A stretch of DNA of 64,000 nucleotides, taken from positions 27,962,001-28,026,000 of the forward strand of contig NC_043002.1 of the NCBI RefSeq assembly GCF_006345805.1. Reading direction: 5' to 3'. Both the position numbers and the translations under genes were made by a program. Below, one piece after another: positions 14,267 to 27,148 of the stretch. Positions within the stretch are counted from its first letter, which is position 1. The number at the start of each line of letters is the position of its first letter. The notes beneath the pieces were generated by a model. The model searched no databases. It was not told the DNA's origin and worked only from the letters and a program-made list of their open reading frames with translations. This stretch comes from Octopus sinensis (Eukaryota).

Positions 14267-15097
14267 TATGTATATATATATATGTAATATAATATACGCG
14301 TACATGTATATATATGCATATATATATATGTGTGTGTGTGTATTATATATATATATGTTGTGTGTGTGTATATTGCGTATGTGTATATTAGATGTATATA
14401 TGTGTTGTATGTGTGTATGTGTGGTGTATATATATGTATGGTGTGTGTGTGTGTAATGTATATATGTGTGTGGTATGTATATGTATAATATGTATATGTA
14501 TATATATGTTGTGTGTATGTATGGCCCGCACACACGCGTAGACACATGTATACATATATATACACACACAAAGACGCGTACACCCACACCATATGTACGC
14601 ACACACACAAACACATACTCAATACCAACACACGCAAAACGCATATACACACATGCCACACAGATACACCCAACAGACATGGACACACATACGAACAAAC
14701 ACATTCACACTAACGCACACGCAACACACTAATAAACATTAACCACACACATACACACACACACACACAAACGGGCACACATATACCACACCATCCTACC
14801 CCAAAAAATTCTTTAAATAACACACATCTATTTACACCACCCTGGAACCAATCAAAAACAGCCCCCCCCACACACAAACACATGTATACATGTATATGCA
14901 CACACTCACACCAATCTCACCTCCATACAGAGACACATATACACACGCAGCTCCATGCCAAATGCCATCCACACACATACATAACACACACACACACACA
15001 ACACCAAGACAACCACACACGCGGTTGACAAACGGACACATCATCCTACCAAGTCTTACAGACACACAGACACATCTATTCACTCCACATATATATG

Positions 15098-15132
<35 letters not shown>

Positions 15133-15823
15133 GACACACACACACTCACCCCATCCTGACCCCTAAATCATTGATGCTTGAAGGAGAGACAAAAAAAAAA
15201 GGGTAAATTCTTTTCAGTTCCACATTACTCCTCCTTTTACGCTACCATAGCGGACAGGTCAGTTTTAGCTTCACTACTATTATAATGTAAATCTTTTTGA
15301 ACTCATAATATTCTGTACGTGTATACTGAACTTTTTTAATAATTCCTTCTGGAAATTATCTTGAGAATGTATAATATATTTGTTGTAATCTTTTGTGCCC
15401 ATTATTTCAATGAGCTTGTTAAACTTTTTTATATTCTCAACATGCTCTTGTCACCAAAGGATGTATATTTATATGGATTGTAGTACTCTGTGTCAACCAA
15501 TATTCTGTGCATGTTTGAATATACAGATACAATACCAATACCAATATCAATTCCTTCTGGAAACTATCTTAAGCATGTCCTTGAGAACGATTATTTATGT
15601 AGTAATCCTTTGTGCCCAATATTTTAAGGAACTTGTTGAACTTTTTTATGTCCTTAACATGTCGCTGTTACCAAAGACTGTATATATGTAATGTAGCAAT
15701 TTGTAACAACCAATAATTAACGCAATCAAACTTCTACATGTTACTTTTGACAATCATTTTCCAAAGAGTGAAACCGGTAAAGTAAATAAACATCTTTTAA
15801 ATTGCGTTTTCAAACCTTCTTTC

Positions 15824-15855
<32 letters not shown>

Positions 15856-15875
15856 TATATATATAAACATATATA

Positions 15876-15909
<34 letters not shown>

Positions 15910-15939
15910 CTATATATATATATATTTATGTTTATATTT

Positions 15940-16032
15940 AGGATCACGCACCCAGCTCAAGTCATGGTATTCGGAGTCGTGGTGTCTGACGTAAAAAAAA
16001 TGCCTCTCTATGTTTTCAAGTCTGGGGAAAAG
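15940..16032 (+). mobile_element. Short Tc1/mariner (maT/DD37D-like) transposase fragment
   Basis: Translates to HPAQVMVFGVVVSDVKKMPLYVFKSGEK, a recognisable transposase motif similar to that in 34609-35826. Confidence 0.6.
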
Positions 16033-16775
16033 TTGTATTTATTAAATTGTTATTTTATGATTGAACCCCACGCGTCGTTTTCTTATTCTCCAAGTAAGTT
16101 TTTATTATAATATTTATGACGCGCACTCTTAGCTCTTTACTTGACCTTTCCTCCCTGCCTGTCTGTCTTCCTCTCTACCTGTCTCTCTCCTTATTTTTCA
16201 CCCTTTCTGGTTTCTTTTGCTCTCTCTCTCTCTCACTCCTCCTCCTCCTCTCTCTCTCTCACACTCCTCCTCTCTCTGGCCGCTGACCGGACTGGTAACT
16301 TTATTTCTGCCGGCTGCTTTCAACAAGTCAACATCGACCTTCTTCTGTCATCCGCAAGCCGATCTTCAGAATACGTTCTAACGAATTTTTCCACCGTCTA
16401 GGCTTAAAAAAAGCCCTTATTGTTGGTTTCCTTGTCCTGCTTTTATTCTATATGTGTACTGTTTTTGTCTTCATTTGTATTGCTTGTACGTCCTGTTCTT
16501 GTCACTTTTTTTACCCCTCAGCAAAAGAATTTTATTTAATTCATTTTGCAAGGAGGACTGCTTCGGCCGGATCGTGTTCTGCCTTTACCTTCGAAACACG
16601 TATTGAGTCGAAACAGGAGCAGCTGATTTCTCTTGCACTCTGTTTTTTCGTTGTTAATAAAAGTCCGTTTCCTTGTTTGATTTTATGTTTTCGTTTCTCG
16701 TTGTGTTCTACGTTTATTTGTGGTGTCCTGTACTCATATATGCATGTATATATACATATAGATGTAGGTATGTGC

Positions 16776-16808
<33 letters not shown>

Positions 16809-16922
16809 TGTATGTATGTATGTATGTATGTATGTATGTGTGTATGTATGCATATGTTTTATTTATTAAATTGTTATCATATGATTGAACGCCACGCGTC
16901 GTTTTCTTATTCTCCAAGTAAG

Positions 16923-16978
<56 letters not shown>

Positions 16979-17136
16979 TATATATATATAAATACATATA
17001 CATATGCATATAAATATATGCATATGTACATATATAATATATATATATGTAACTTAGAATAACTTAGAAAGGTTTTGGTCAGTATTGGCCCAGGCCATGT
17101 CTAACTTAATAGCAACACCTGGCGAAGTCTTTCAAT

Positions 17137-18618
17137 TCAGGATTTTGGCACCAAGGCCCATTCAAGCAGAGAGTTATTGTTTGCGGAGACATATCCGGGT
17201 GTGGATGGTTTGTCCGGGACTGTTTGAAGGAATTTGTCCAAAGACTTCTTGAATTTTGTGTGGTCAGTTTCTGTTTTGACTTGTCCTGGTATAATGTTGA
17301 AGAGAGCGGGTCCAATTGGGGTGAAAGAATTGTGCCGTACTGTTTTTATGAGATACGATTCAGATTTTTGTTGTAGACGGATGGCATGTGGTCCAAGACT
17401 TGGATGTATTTTAAAGGTGATGCCAACATCATTTGGACAGTGCTGATGGAATATTTTCCACATAATACAGATAATGTAGCGTTCACGGCGTCGTTGGAGT
17501 GAATACAGTTTCAGCTTTTCTAGTCGACCCCAGTAGTCGAGGTCTGACATGCCATCTATCTTTTTTGTGATTGACCTTTGGGGAGCTTCAATTCTCATGA
17601 TATTGTGTTTCGTGTAGGGAGACCACAATGGACAGAAGTATTCAAGGTGGGGTCGGGCACAAGTGGAGAAGAAAAGGATAATGGTGTGGGAATCTCTCGT
17701 CTGGAAGGTTCTGAGAATCCAGGAACACATTCTGCGGGCCATATCAACTTTGCTGCTTATATGTGTAGCCCAGCTTATGTTGTTGTCCACAGTTACTCCA
17801 AAGTCTCTGATGTTGTTAGACGCTATGAGAATTTCTCCAGAAGGAAGGGAGTATGGGAGTTTCAGAGCGTCCTCCCTTCCAATGTGGATCAGTTCGAATT
17901 TGTCTTCGTTTACCAGCATGTTGTTCTTTTCCGCCCATTGGACAACAGCAAGTAGGTCTGACTGAAGGCTTATCCGGTCATCCACGCCATTGATGACCTT
18001 CTGGAGCTTGGAATCATCAGCGAAAATTCTGATGTTACTGTGATTGATGATATCAGTAATGTCATTAATGTAGATGATGAAGAGAAGTGGGCCCAACACA
18101 GTGCCTTGTGGGACACCACTACTGACTTTGTCTGGGCTGGATTTGACTCCTTCGACTACAACATGTTGGGTTCTGTTCGACAGGAAGCACTTGATCCACT
18201 GCAGCAGCTTTCCAGTGACACCAATATTGGACAGCTTTCTCAAAAGGTTCTTATGATCAACCCTGTCAAAGGCCTTGATGAAATCAAGGTAGATAACATC
18301 AGTGTTGGAACCCTCTCCTAAGGCTCTCAAAATATCATCAAAATGATGCAGTAGCTGCGTCAGGCAATCCCTTCCATTACGGAATCCATGCTGGTTGGAG
18401 TTCAGCATATTATGACTCTCAAGGGAGTGAGTCATTTGCGATCTCAGCACTCTCTCAAATACCTTAAGGATATGAGAGGTGAGTGAGATTGGACGGTAAT
18501 TCACGGCAAGCGATTTGTTTCCTTTTTTGAAAACTGGGACAACAGACTGGTATAGGTTTTCTGCTATATATCCAGCATCCAGTGAGTTCCGCCACAGATT
18601 GGCTAGAGGGGGGTGCAA
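17137..18618 (-). pseudogene. LINE ORF2 reverse transcriptase, 493 aa open segment
   Basis: ORF track; complete RT motif set; upstream ORF2 is broken by frameshifts and a SINE insertion. Confidence 0.92.
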
Positions 18619-19828
18619 GTTGGTGTTGACACATCTTCAAGACACAAGCAGGGAACCTATCGGGACCTACTGCTAAATTATGCTTCATTTCTTTTATTGC
18701 GCCAAAGGTTATGTCCGATAAAGTGTATAGGGGAGTAACATCACTGATGCAACCCAGATCAGTAATATAAGGATTGCTGAAAACAGAACAATATTGTTTC
18801 TGCAGCATCTCTCCCATGGTTTTGGCATTGTCTTGAAGAGTACCATTTTCATCAATCAGAGGGCCAACAGTAGAGCCAGTGACTTCGTGTTTTTTTTTTG
18901 CAAATGAAAAGAACACTTTGGAATTGAGTTTGATCTTCTCAATGGCCCAGGACTCTTCAGCTCTTCTCTGACTATTGATGATAGACATCATGTTGTTTTG
19001 GAGGTTATGTTTTTCAATCTCTAGTGACGTGATGGCAGTCAGGTTGGTGTGTTGCTGTTGCCAGTATTTTAGCTTGTTGATTTTTTTGTTAATTCTTTTA
19101 ATTTTCCTGATGAGAGTTATTCTATTTCTAGGGATTCTGCACTTAGATTTGTTTGCAGATCTTAATGGGGTGTGCTTTGCACATATGTTGGTAATGGTGT
19201 CTACAAATGACTGCCAGGACTTTTTGATGTTAGTGGGTGTGTATGTGTGCGTGAAGGACCAATCGACTTATTCAAGATCATTACTGATCGCTTCCCAGTT
19301 TGCGTTGTGGAAATCCATAGTGTCAAATGGATGTACAAGAGGGATGACGTTTGTTTTGTATTTTGGCCGGTGAAATCTCAGATCACAGAGAACCATGTCA
19401 TGATCAGAGAGTAGAGCTTTCTCCACTGCAATATTGTGGATAGTGTCAGTATGATTGCTGAAAATTAAGTCTACGACTTTTTTGTGAGATCTCGTTGGTT
19501 CGAGCACAAGTTGGGACAGGAAGAAATCATCCATGAAGTCAAGAAGCGATTCCACTGCCTCCCTGTCAGGAGTTCAAAGAGAAGAACCTGGCGGCACACT
19601 GTTTGTAGACCAGTCAACCCCGGGAAGGTTGAAGTCTCTCACCATTAAGATGTTGTCAGGTTGACACTGCTGGATGAAACACTTTATGTTGTTGAGGCAT
19701 TCCTTGAAACATGGTAGGGGCGTTTGGAGTAGTCTGTAGAGCCCAACTACTATTAAGTTGTTGGTTTGACTGAATACAGCGACTGTTTCGCAGTATCCAT
19801 TAGAAAATATGTCCATAGTCTCTGTTGG

Positions 19829-20100
19829 ACCGGGCTGCGTGTTGTGTTCTTGAGCAAGACACTTTATATCACGTTGCTCCAGTTCACTCAGCTGTAGAAA
19901 TGAGTTGCGACGTCACAGGTGCCAAGCTGTATCGACCCTTGCCTTTCCCTTAGACAACATCGGTGACGTGGAGAGGGGAGGCCGGTATGCATGGGCGACT
20001 GCTGGTCTTCCATAAAAAAAAACCTTGTCCAGACTTGTGCCTCAGAGGGTAACTCTGTAGGTGAAAACTCATGGTCAGTGTCTGACCGAAGGGGGTCACA
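19829..20100 (+). mobile_element. 5'-truncated SINE inserted in the LINE endonuclease domain, with 12-bp TSD
   Basis: AGTCTCTGTTGG at 19817-19828 and 20101-20112; body matches the SINE at 8237-8578. Confidence 0.9.
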
Positions 20101-20341
20101 AGTCTCTGTTGGGAATGAATCAAGAACATAAATGGCAGTCCCATCCTTTCTTCTGCCAGCACGATCAGCATTAATGGCTTTGAAATTTTTAACTTTCACC
20201 CCGGCTTCCAAGTGGAGGTTACTAAGATGGGTTTCAGTGAGGACGAAGAAAGGGATGTGGTTTGGATAGGCATCGACCCAGTCCTCCAGGAATTTTAACT
20301 TCCATTTTTGAGTATTGGTGGAAGGACTGATGTCTTGGGCA

Positions 20342-21051
20342 TTAAGCAAAAATGTTGAGGTGAGAGTGGATGGTTTTAATTGTTTTGGCGTTTTGTTTAT
20401 GTTTGCTTTTTAATGGCATGTGCAGTGGGGTGATAGTGGTGGATGGTGGTAGGTGATAGCTCGGATGTTTTTTTTCCAGTTCTTTTGCTAGATTCCTTAT
20501 AGCTACAAAAGAGGAAGAAGTTTCCTGTCTAGGGAACTGTAGGTGACTTTTGTTGTGGTTATTTTTATATGAGTGGTTATTTCTATATGAGTCATATGTT
20601 TTTTTGCCGTTATTTTTATTTTTATTATCATTTGTCCGACGAGTCCCCGGGAGATGGATAAAGGGACAATCCCTGTGCATACACAATCTTTCTCGCTGGG
20701 AATAGCGGCAGATTTGGGGATTCCTTGTTTGAGATATTGGTGGTTGTGGTGGTGTTGTAATAGAGTATGTATTATGGTGGTGGCTGTTGTAGTTTGTGGG
20801 GATAGAGCTTTCTGTCCCAGGTAAATGGGTGAACTTGCAGTCTCTATCAGTGCATAATCTATAGCGGAGAGAATATCGGCAAATGACGGGGTTTCGAGTG
20901 GGTGTGTAGGTGCTTGTGTGAGTTGTGAGAGGTGTAGATGATAGTTTGCTGAGGTTTTGGCGAACTTTGTGACCTGTGGGAGGTAGAGTTCTTGAACAAG
21001 TAGTTGGAGGTAGATTCCTTGAGGTAGCAGCAGCAGCAGTAGTAGTAGTAA

Positions 21052-21105
<54 letters not shown>

Positions 21106-21367
21106 GCAGAAGCGATGATGTTGACAGTGATGATGATTGAGCTACTGGGGAAGTGAAAGGAAGGGATGGTGCTTCCTGCTGTGAGACCCTGGTGACTGGG
21201 GAGGAGTCAATCGTTTCGTTTAACAAATCGGCCGTTGTAGACGAATCAAGGAGTGGTTCATTCTGTTGTTGTTGCTGCTGTTGTTGTTGTTGCCGCTGAG
21301 GTTGTTGTTGTTGATGCTGCTGAAGTTGTGTTGTTGCGCCGGTGATGTGTTCGAAGAGAAAACACAT
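20342..21367 (-). CDS. LINE ORF1-like protein with two CCCH zinc fingers and poly-Q/poly-T tracts
   Basis: 341-aa open frame directly upstream of the APE frame. [19 protein letters not shown] and [19 protein letters not shown] both fit C-x8-C-x4-C-x3-H. The 5' part is probably frameshifted. Confidence 0.7.
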
Positions 21368-21435
21368 CTCAGTTTATCGATTAAATTAAAAGCAACTTCG
21401 ATTTGCTTTAATTTATTTTGTATCTGCTGTTCAAT

Positions 21436-21645
<210 letters not shown>

Positions 21646-21859
21646 CAATAAATTTTAGGGTAGCAAAAACTTCTAGAAAAATTCTCCGCTACCAGCGGTC
21701 AAGTGAGAAAGAAAAAATTGTCAATAGACTATGTAATATACATTCAAACGCATAAGGGATGGCCATAATAGGACATCCGACTCACTAGAAAGAGCAGTTA
21801 AACTCCAAACCACTAATAATTGTAATTCTGAAATGGAAAGAGAAATAAAAACGTTTACC

Positions 21860-21944
21860 CTTTCTGGACTATGCATAGTTTCGGCAATCTTTTTTGTAAA
21901 TAAAATAAATTTATTTATGACTGGCGTGCCTCTTCAGCAGAAAG
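21860..21944 (-). ncRNA. Type-I hammerhead ribozyme motif, intact core
   Basis: Minus strand: ctttctg CTGAAGA ggca[long loop]tgcc GAAA ctatgcatag TC cagaaag. 7-bp stem I, 4-bp stem II, palindromic stem III, GUC site. Confidence 0.82.
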
Positions 21945-21987
21945 CCAAGGACTACCATATAGTCACGAGGCAGGCGATAATAACCAT

Positions 21988-22311
21988 GCTTCGAGTCTAT
22001 ATGCTATAACTTTTCAAAATCCACCACACTCGCGCGGCTTTCTCAGTAGTAAATATAAACTGCCGATTTAATTTCAAAATTAGCGAAAAAATCATTAATA
22101 CATTTTAGGGTCGCAAAAAATTCTAGAAAATTTTTTCTAGAAGTTGTTGCTACCCTAGAGAATTTTTCTAGAATTTTTTGTTACCCTAAAATTTATTAAT
22201 TAATGATTTTTTGGCTAATTTTGAAATTAAATGGGCAGTTTATATTTACTGCTGAGAAAACCGCGCGAGTGTGGTGGATTTTGAAAAGTTATAGCATATA
22301 TACTCGAGGCA
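21988..22311. repeat. Imperfect inverted repeat (arms about 140 bp) upstream of the Penelope-like RT
   Basis: catgcttcgagtctatatgctataac... pairs with ...gttatagcatatatactcgaggcatg. An inner motif also recurs at 21646-21685. Confidence 0.9.
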
Positions 22312-22319
22312 TGTATATA

Positions 22320-23070
22320 CACCTCAATGCACACATGGGAATGTGGTACAACATACTCCAACCTACAAAAAGGACAGCACACAATTTCCAGGCATCCAAC
22401 AATGATGTTCCTACACTATACGGGTTACGCAAAGACCACAAACCCTACATAAACCCTGTCGCAGGGCCCCCAACCAGACCAGTTTGCGGAGCAAACATCT
22501 CCAGCAACTATAGACTGTCCTACTTCCTCTCACAAGTATTGCGACCTCTCATAGAGTTGTCTCCGGATGTGTGTATGAGTACAGAAGATCTCCTCAGTAA
22601 AATCAGTACTTGCAACCACACCAACGACCTCACAGGTTGTATAGTGGGTAGTATGGATGTAATTTCACTCTACCCATCTATAGACATAGATTTTGCTGTG
22701 GAGAAATGCATTCAAGCAATCTGTGAGAGTGAAGTGGAATTCCGTAAGGTCAACTCCAGGGAACTGGGCCTCCTCCTCAGACTATGCTATGACAATAGCT
22801 ATTTAGATGACATTGACCTTAGTAAATTCTTCCCCACCAGGTCACAGAGAGGTAGACCACCCACGATCACTTCAGCGGTGAAGAAAAGCGCCACAGAGCG
22901 CTGGAGTGGCTGGACCGCACCCACCCAAAACCCTGAGAACAACAATCAAGTGAGGGAAATGATTGCATATGCAATAGGGGCCAGCGTAAAAACCACCTTG
23001 AAAAACCACATAGTAAAGTTTAATAAAAACTTACATGCAGGTTCAAGGTGTAGCCATTGGTGTAGGTATA
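22320..23070 (+). mobile_element. Penelope-like element RT fragment
   Basis: PTLYGLRKDHK...PTRPVC...STEDLL...VGSMDVISLYPSID are typical PLE RT N-terminal motifs; truncated before YxDD. Confidence 0.8.
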
Positions 23071-23902
23071 GCTGGAGATGTGGTTGATAAATGTATATAT
23101 GTATGTGGGTGTGAGTGTGTGTGTGTATGCCCTTTTTTAAATCATTATTATGTTTTGCTTTTGTTATATATTTATATTTTTTTATTTTTATATTTCTTAT
23201 TTTTTATTTTTTAATTTTTTTATTTCTGTATGTAAGCATTTAGATATGTAAGTAAACAGATCAACATACAGACGGATAGGTACATAGGTTAAAAGAACAG
23301 ACACATATGGAGACACGGATCCACACATATAAAGATGCACATCCATACATACAAACATGGTACATAGTTACATAACACACACACAGATATGCACACACAG
23401 GGAGACAGAGGTGCATACATAAACAAACACAAGCTCACACACACACATACGTAGAAAATACACAAACACGGACAGGCAAGCACATAAATATGCAGGATAC
23501 ATACATACAGATGCACATACATACATACATACAACATACATACATACATACATACATACATACATACGCACACATATATACATACACATGCAAACACACA
23601 CACATACATACGTACATGTACGCATGTATAGGCACACACCCACACACAGACACACACACACACACACACTGACACACGCACATGCGCACAAACTAACAAA
23701 AGGGAACGCAGTGTATATAACGAACAGAATCAAGACTATTGAAAAGGTTGCAAGACGCAACGAAAACTTTAGAAAATAAAAGCAAGTGGAAATTTTACCG
23801 GTGAGTGTGTTAAATAATAAGGCACTAAAAGAGAATGACTCTCCCCAGACACAACAGAATATGCTTCAACACACGAACTTGCAAACCAAATTCAAAAACG
23901 AA

Positions 23903-23940
<38 letters not shown>

Positions 23941-23942
23941 TA

Positions 23943-24235
23943 TCACGTGATCACGTGACTGACCATCAGATGTTGCTACACATCGCTGGTCATAATGCGT
24001 TCGCATTGTTTTAGCCTTCGAACGATGCCACCCCGCTGGCTAAGCGAGCAGGGCAACAGACGAAAGAGTGGTGAAAGAGTACAGCAGGTATCACCCCCCC
24101 CCTGCCGGCGCCTCGTGGAGCTTTTAGGTGTTTTCGCTCATTAAACACACCACACAACTCCCGGTCTGGGAATCGAAACCGCGATCCTCCGAGCCGCAAG
24201 TCCGCTGCCCTAACCACTGGGCCATTGCGCCTCCG
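23943..24235 (-). mobile_element. tRNA-derived SINE
   Basis: Head ggaggcgcaatggcccagtggttagggcagcggac...ggtttcgattccc. Confidence 0.85.
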
Positions 24236-24265
24236 TATCTATATCTATATCTATATCTATATATA

Positions 24266-24328
<63 letters not shown>

Positions 24329-24371
24329 ATAATATATATATATATATATGAATATATACAAATATATTTGA

Positions 24372-24413
<42 letters not shown>

Positions 24414-25644
24414 ATGTGCATGTGTGTGTGTGTCTGTCTGTATTTATGAATGTGACAGTGCAATGCATATGAGAACATAAATTATTATGAATGATCATGT
24501 GGGGCGGTTTATAGATAAACACTTATCAGATATGTCTGCATGTATACTAATGTTTTGTCATGAAAGTCATTTAATGTTAATGTATGTGTATTTCTTCGGC
24601 AAGTGGATACATAAATTAATTTCGTTTGTTTGCTTTTTAGCAGTGAAAAATATAGATATATCATCTAAATCATACAGATTGTCACAATAAATTTTCAATG
24701 TATATGTTTTACATCAATGTTATTAGGTGTTAATTAGGTAAACATCTGTTATGTAGTTTTTTTATTATTATATAAGCCATAGGTCAGAGCAGATACAAGG
24801 GTATAACACCATCACATTTTAGGTTCAACACGAATAAATACAATGATATATTTTATATCTATATGTTTTCTTACTGTTGGTAAGTAGTGATATTTTATTT
24901 TTTCCTTCACGCTCATAAATACATACATTTGGGATTTTAAAATATATAAACACACATACACATATAAACTGGCACACATTCCCATTCCCACACACATTGT
25001 TTCAATAATATGATCTAGACAATTTTTATTTGTGCCTCATCTATATATTTGTTTATCAATATCTATGTGTCTGTCTATCTGCTTCTCTATATATCTTTCT
25101 ATTTCACTCGATTTCTCTCTCACCCTCTCATCTTTTCACTTTCTCTCTCTCTATCTCTCATTCTCTCTCTCTCTCTCTCTGCCGACCGCCAACATCTCTT
25201 ATGTTCATCTCCTATGTTCCTCCCTTTAAGCTTTCACTTCATACACGCCAGCTCAATTTGATTAGTTCTCAGTCGAAATACTCATGTTGTTATTTTTCTT
25301 GTTGATTGTATTTGTAATTGCGTACCATGTTCTCCGTTTTTTAACTTTGTTGCCGTATACATTCGCTAGGTTTCTTGGAAAAAAAAATCTAATGCTCCTA
25401 GCTTAGACTTTTTGTGAGGCAACCAAGTCAACTGTCTCAATTATAACTGCCCGAAACAGTAACAACTTCTTGTAAACTTCACTGATGAAAGAAGGTCATT
25501 AATGACCCGTGCTTTTTTTTCTTTTCCTGTCCTTTTCATTGTTGTTTCTCCTGTTCTCCTGTCCGCTTTTGTATCGTCTGCCCGACCGAATGTTTTATTG
25601 TCCTCTACTGCATTTTTGTTCCATTATATATATATATATATATA

Positions 25645-25680
<36 letters not shown>

Positions 25681-26336
25681 TACACACATGTGAGTGAGAA
25701 CACTTTGAGATATTTTTGGTATCTAACATATGTCAGATACTGCGAGCGCTGCTTCTGATTGGTCAATCCATGGTGATGACCCTAGGTCACGGTGACGGCA
25801 CTACTTTTGTCATTCATAAGTTACAACTAAACTTCATTCATTACTTTCACGAGCAGGTAGAATGTAGCCATGTAATTAAACAAACATACTATCTTTTTTA
25901 TACCAGATATCACTTAAAGTCATATACACATAAAATATAAACATTTCTGGTGGTAATTCAATTTTTTGTTGCCAAAAAAATCACAACATATTTCCTCTGC
26001 TCTACTCTGACTGACATTGCTACTCGAAAACAGGTTTGAGTATTATTAAAGTTATTGAAGATTCAATCTGTGTTATGTATTTCTTGAACGTGAACTTGAA
26101 TGTTAGCAAAATGTTAAACAGTCATCAGTTATCAGTCATTTCACCTGAAAACTTAGCGCTATAAAGTCGGACTATCTTCCTGCGGCATGACATCTTTTAC
26201 AGTTACACATTGTGACATCACTGACGTGAAATCAAGCTGTATTCATGCGCGCTTCAACACGATGTGAAGAATTTAGTTATTGGGTTAATAAAATATGGTC
26301 GTTTATTCGTGTGTAATTAATAAAATACCAAACTCA

Positions 26337-26400
26337 TTCCCTATGGATACCGTATTTATTACAACTCGTGACTTGTAATAAATACGGTATCTATAGGGAA
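26337..26400. repeat. 28-bp-stem hairpin
   Basis: ttccctatggataccgtatttattacaa / ctcgtgac loop / ttgtaataaatacggtatctatagggaa, with one G-T pair. Confidence 0.95.
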
Positions 26401-26527
26401 CTCGTTTGGTACTCTCTCTCTATATATAAAGTTAATCCAAACATGAAAACACATAGAGAAAACACAACAACGCGAGGACATGGAACAAATATAGTATTAT
26501 TGGACGCTCAGGAAGGAAGGAGAGAAA

Positions 26528-26594
<67 letters not shown>

Positions 26595-26623
26595 ATATAT
26601 ATATATGTATGTATATATATATA

Positions 26624-26654
<31 letters not shown>

Positions 26655-26661
26655 TGAGAGA

Positions 26662-26707
<46 letters not shown>

Positions 26708-26742
26708 ATAATAAGGTAGTCAGAATGTTGGATGGTTATTCC

Positions 26743-26946
26743 TTTTATTCTTTTATGTGTTTCAGTCATTTGACTGCGGCCATGCTGGAATACTACTTTT
26801 AGTCGAACAAATCGACCCCAGGACATATTCTTTGTAAGCCTATTTCTTATTCTACCAGTCTCTTTTGCCGAACCGTTAAGTTACGGTGACGTAAACACAC
26901 TAACATCAGTTGTCAAGCGATGTTTTGGGGGATAAACACAGGCACA

Positions 26947-26995
<49 letters not shown>

Positions 26996-27148
26996 GACAG
27001 GCTTCTTTTAGTTTCCGTCTACCAAATAAACTTACAAGGATTTGGTCGGTCTGGGGCTATAGTAGAAGACACTTGCCCAATATGCCACACAGTGGGATTG
27101 AACCCGGAAGCATGTGGTTAGTAAGCAAGCTACTTACCACACAGCGAC
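26743..27148 (-). mobile_element. SINE (same family as 11395)
   Basis: Collinear with 11395-11813, with internal (CA)n. Confidence 0.88.

Larger units (their letters stand above)
13170..15960 (+). repeat. Local direct duplication, copy 2 (with extra insertion)
   Basis: Collinear with 3961-5928; carries the additional 13536-13979 element and a longer TA tract. Confidence 0.95.
17049..21430 (-). mobile_element. CR1/L2-group LINE, near full length (ORF1 + APE-RT ORF2), decayed
   Basis: APE motifs (LTETHL, DRAGRRK, GLYR, DFNLP, DHD), RT motifs (NYRPISLTS, QHGFR, YLDFIKAFD, GVPQGTVLGPLLF, FADD) and a 3' tail (ttctaagtta)x2. Confidence 0.92.

Noticed and set aside
16558-16624. Possible hammerhead (two GAAAC motifs, hairpins)
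   Set aside because: No CUGANGA correctly placed on either strand.
25405-25510. Hammerhead-like pieces (ggca...tgcc-cgaaac; ctgatga)
   Set aside because: Core elements are in the wrong order or lack a closing stem I.
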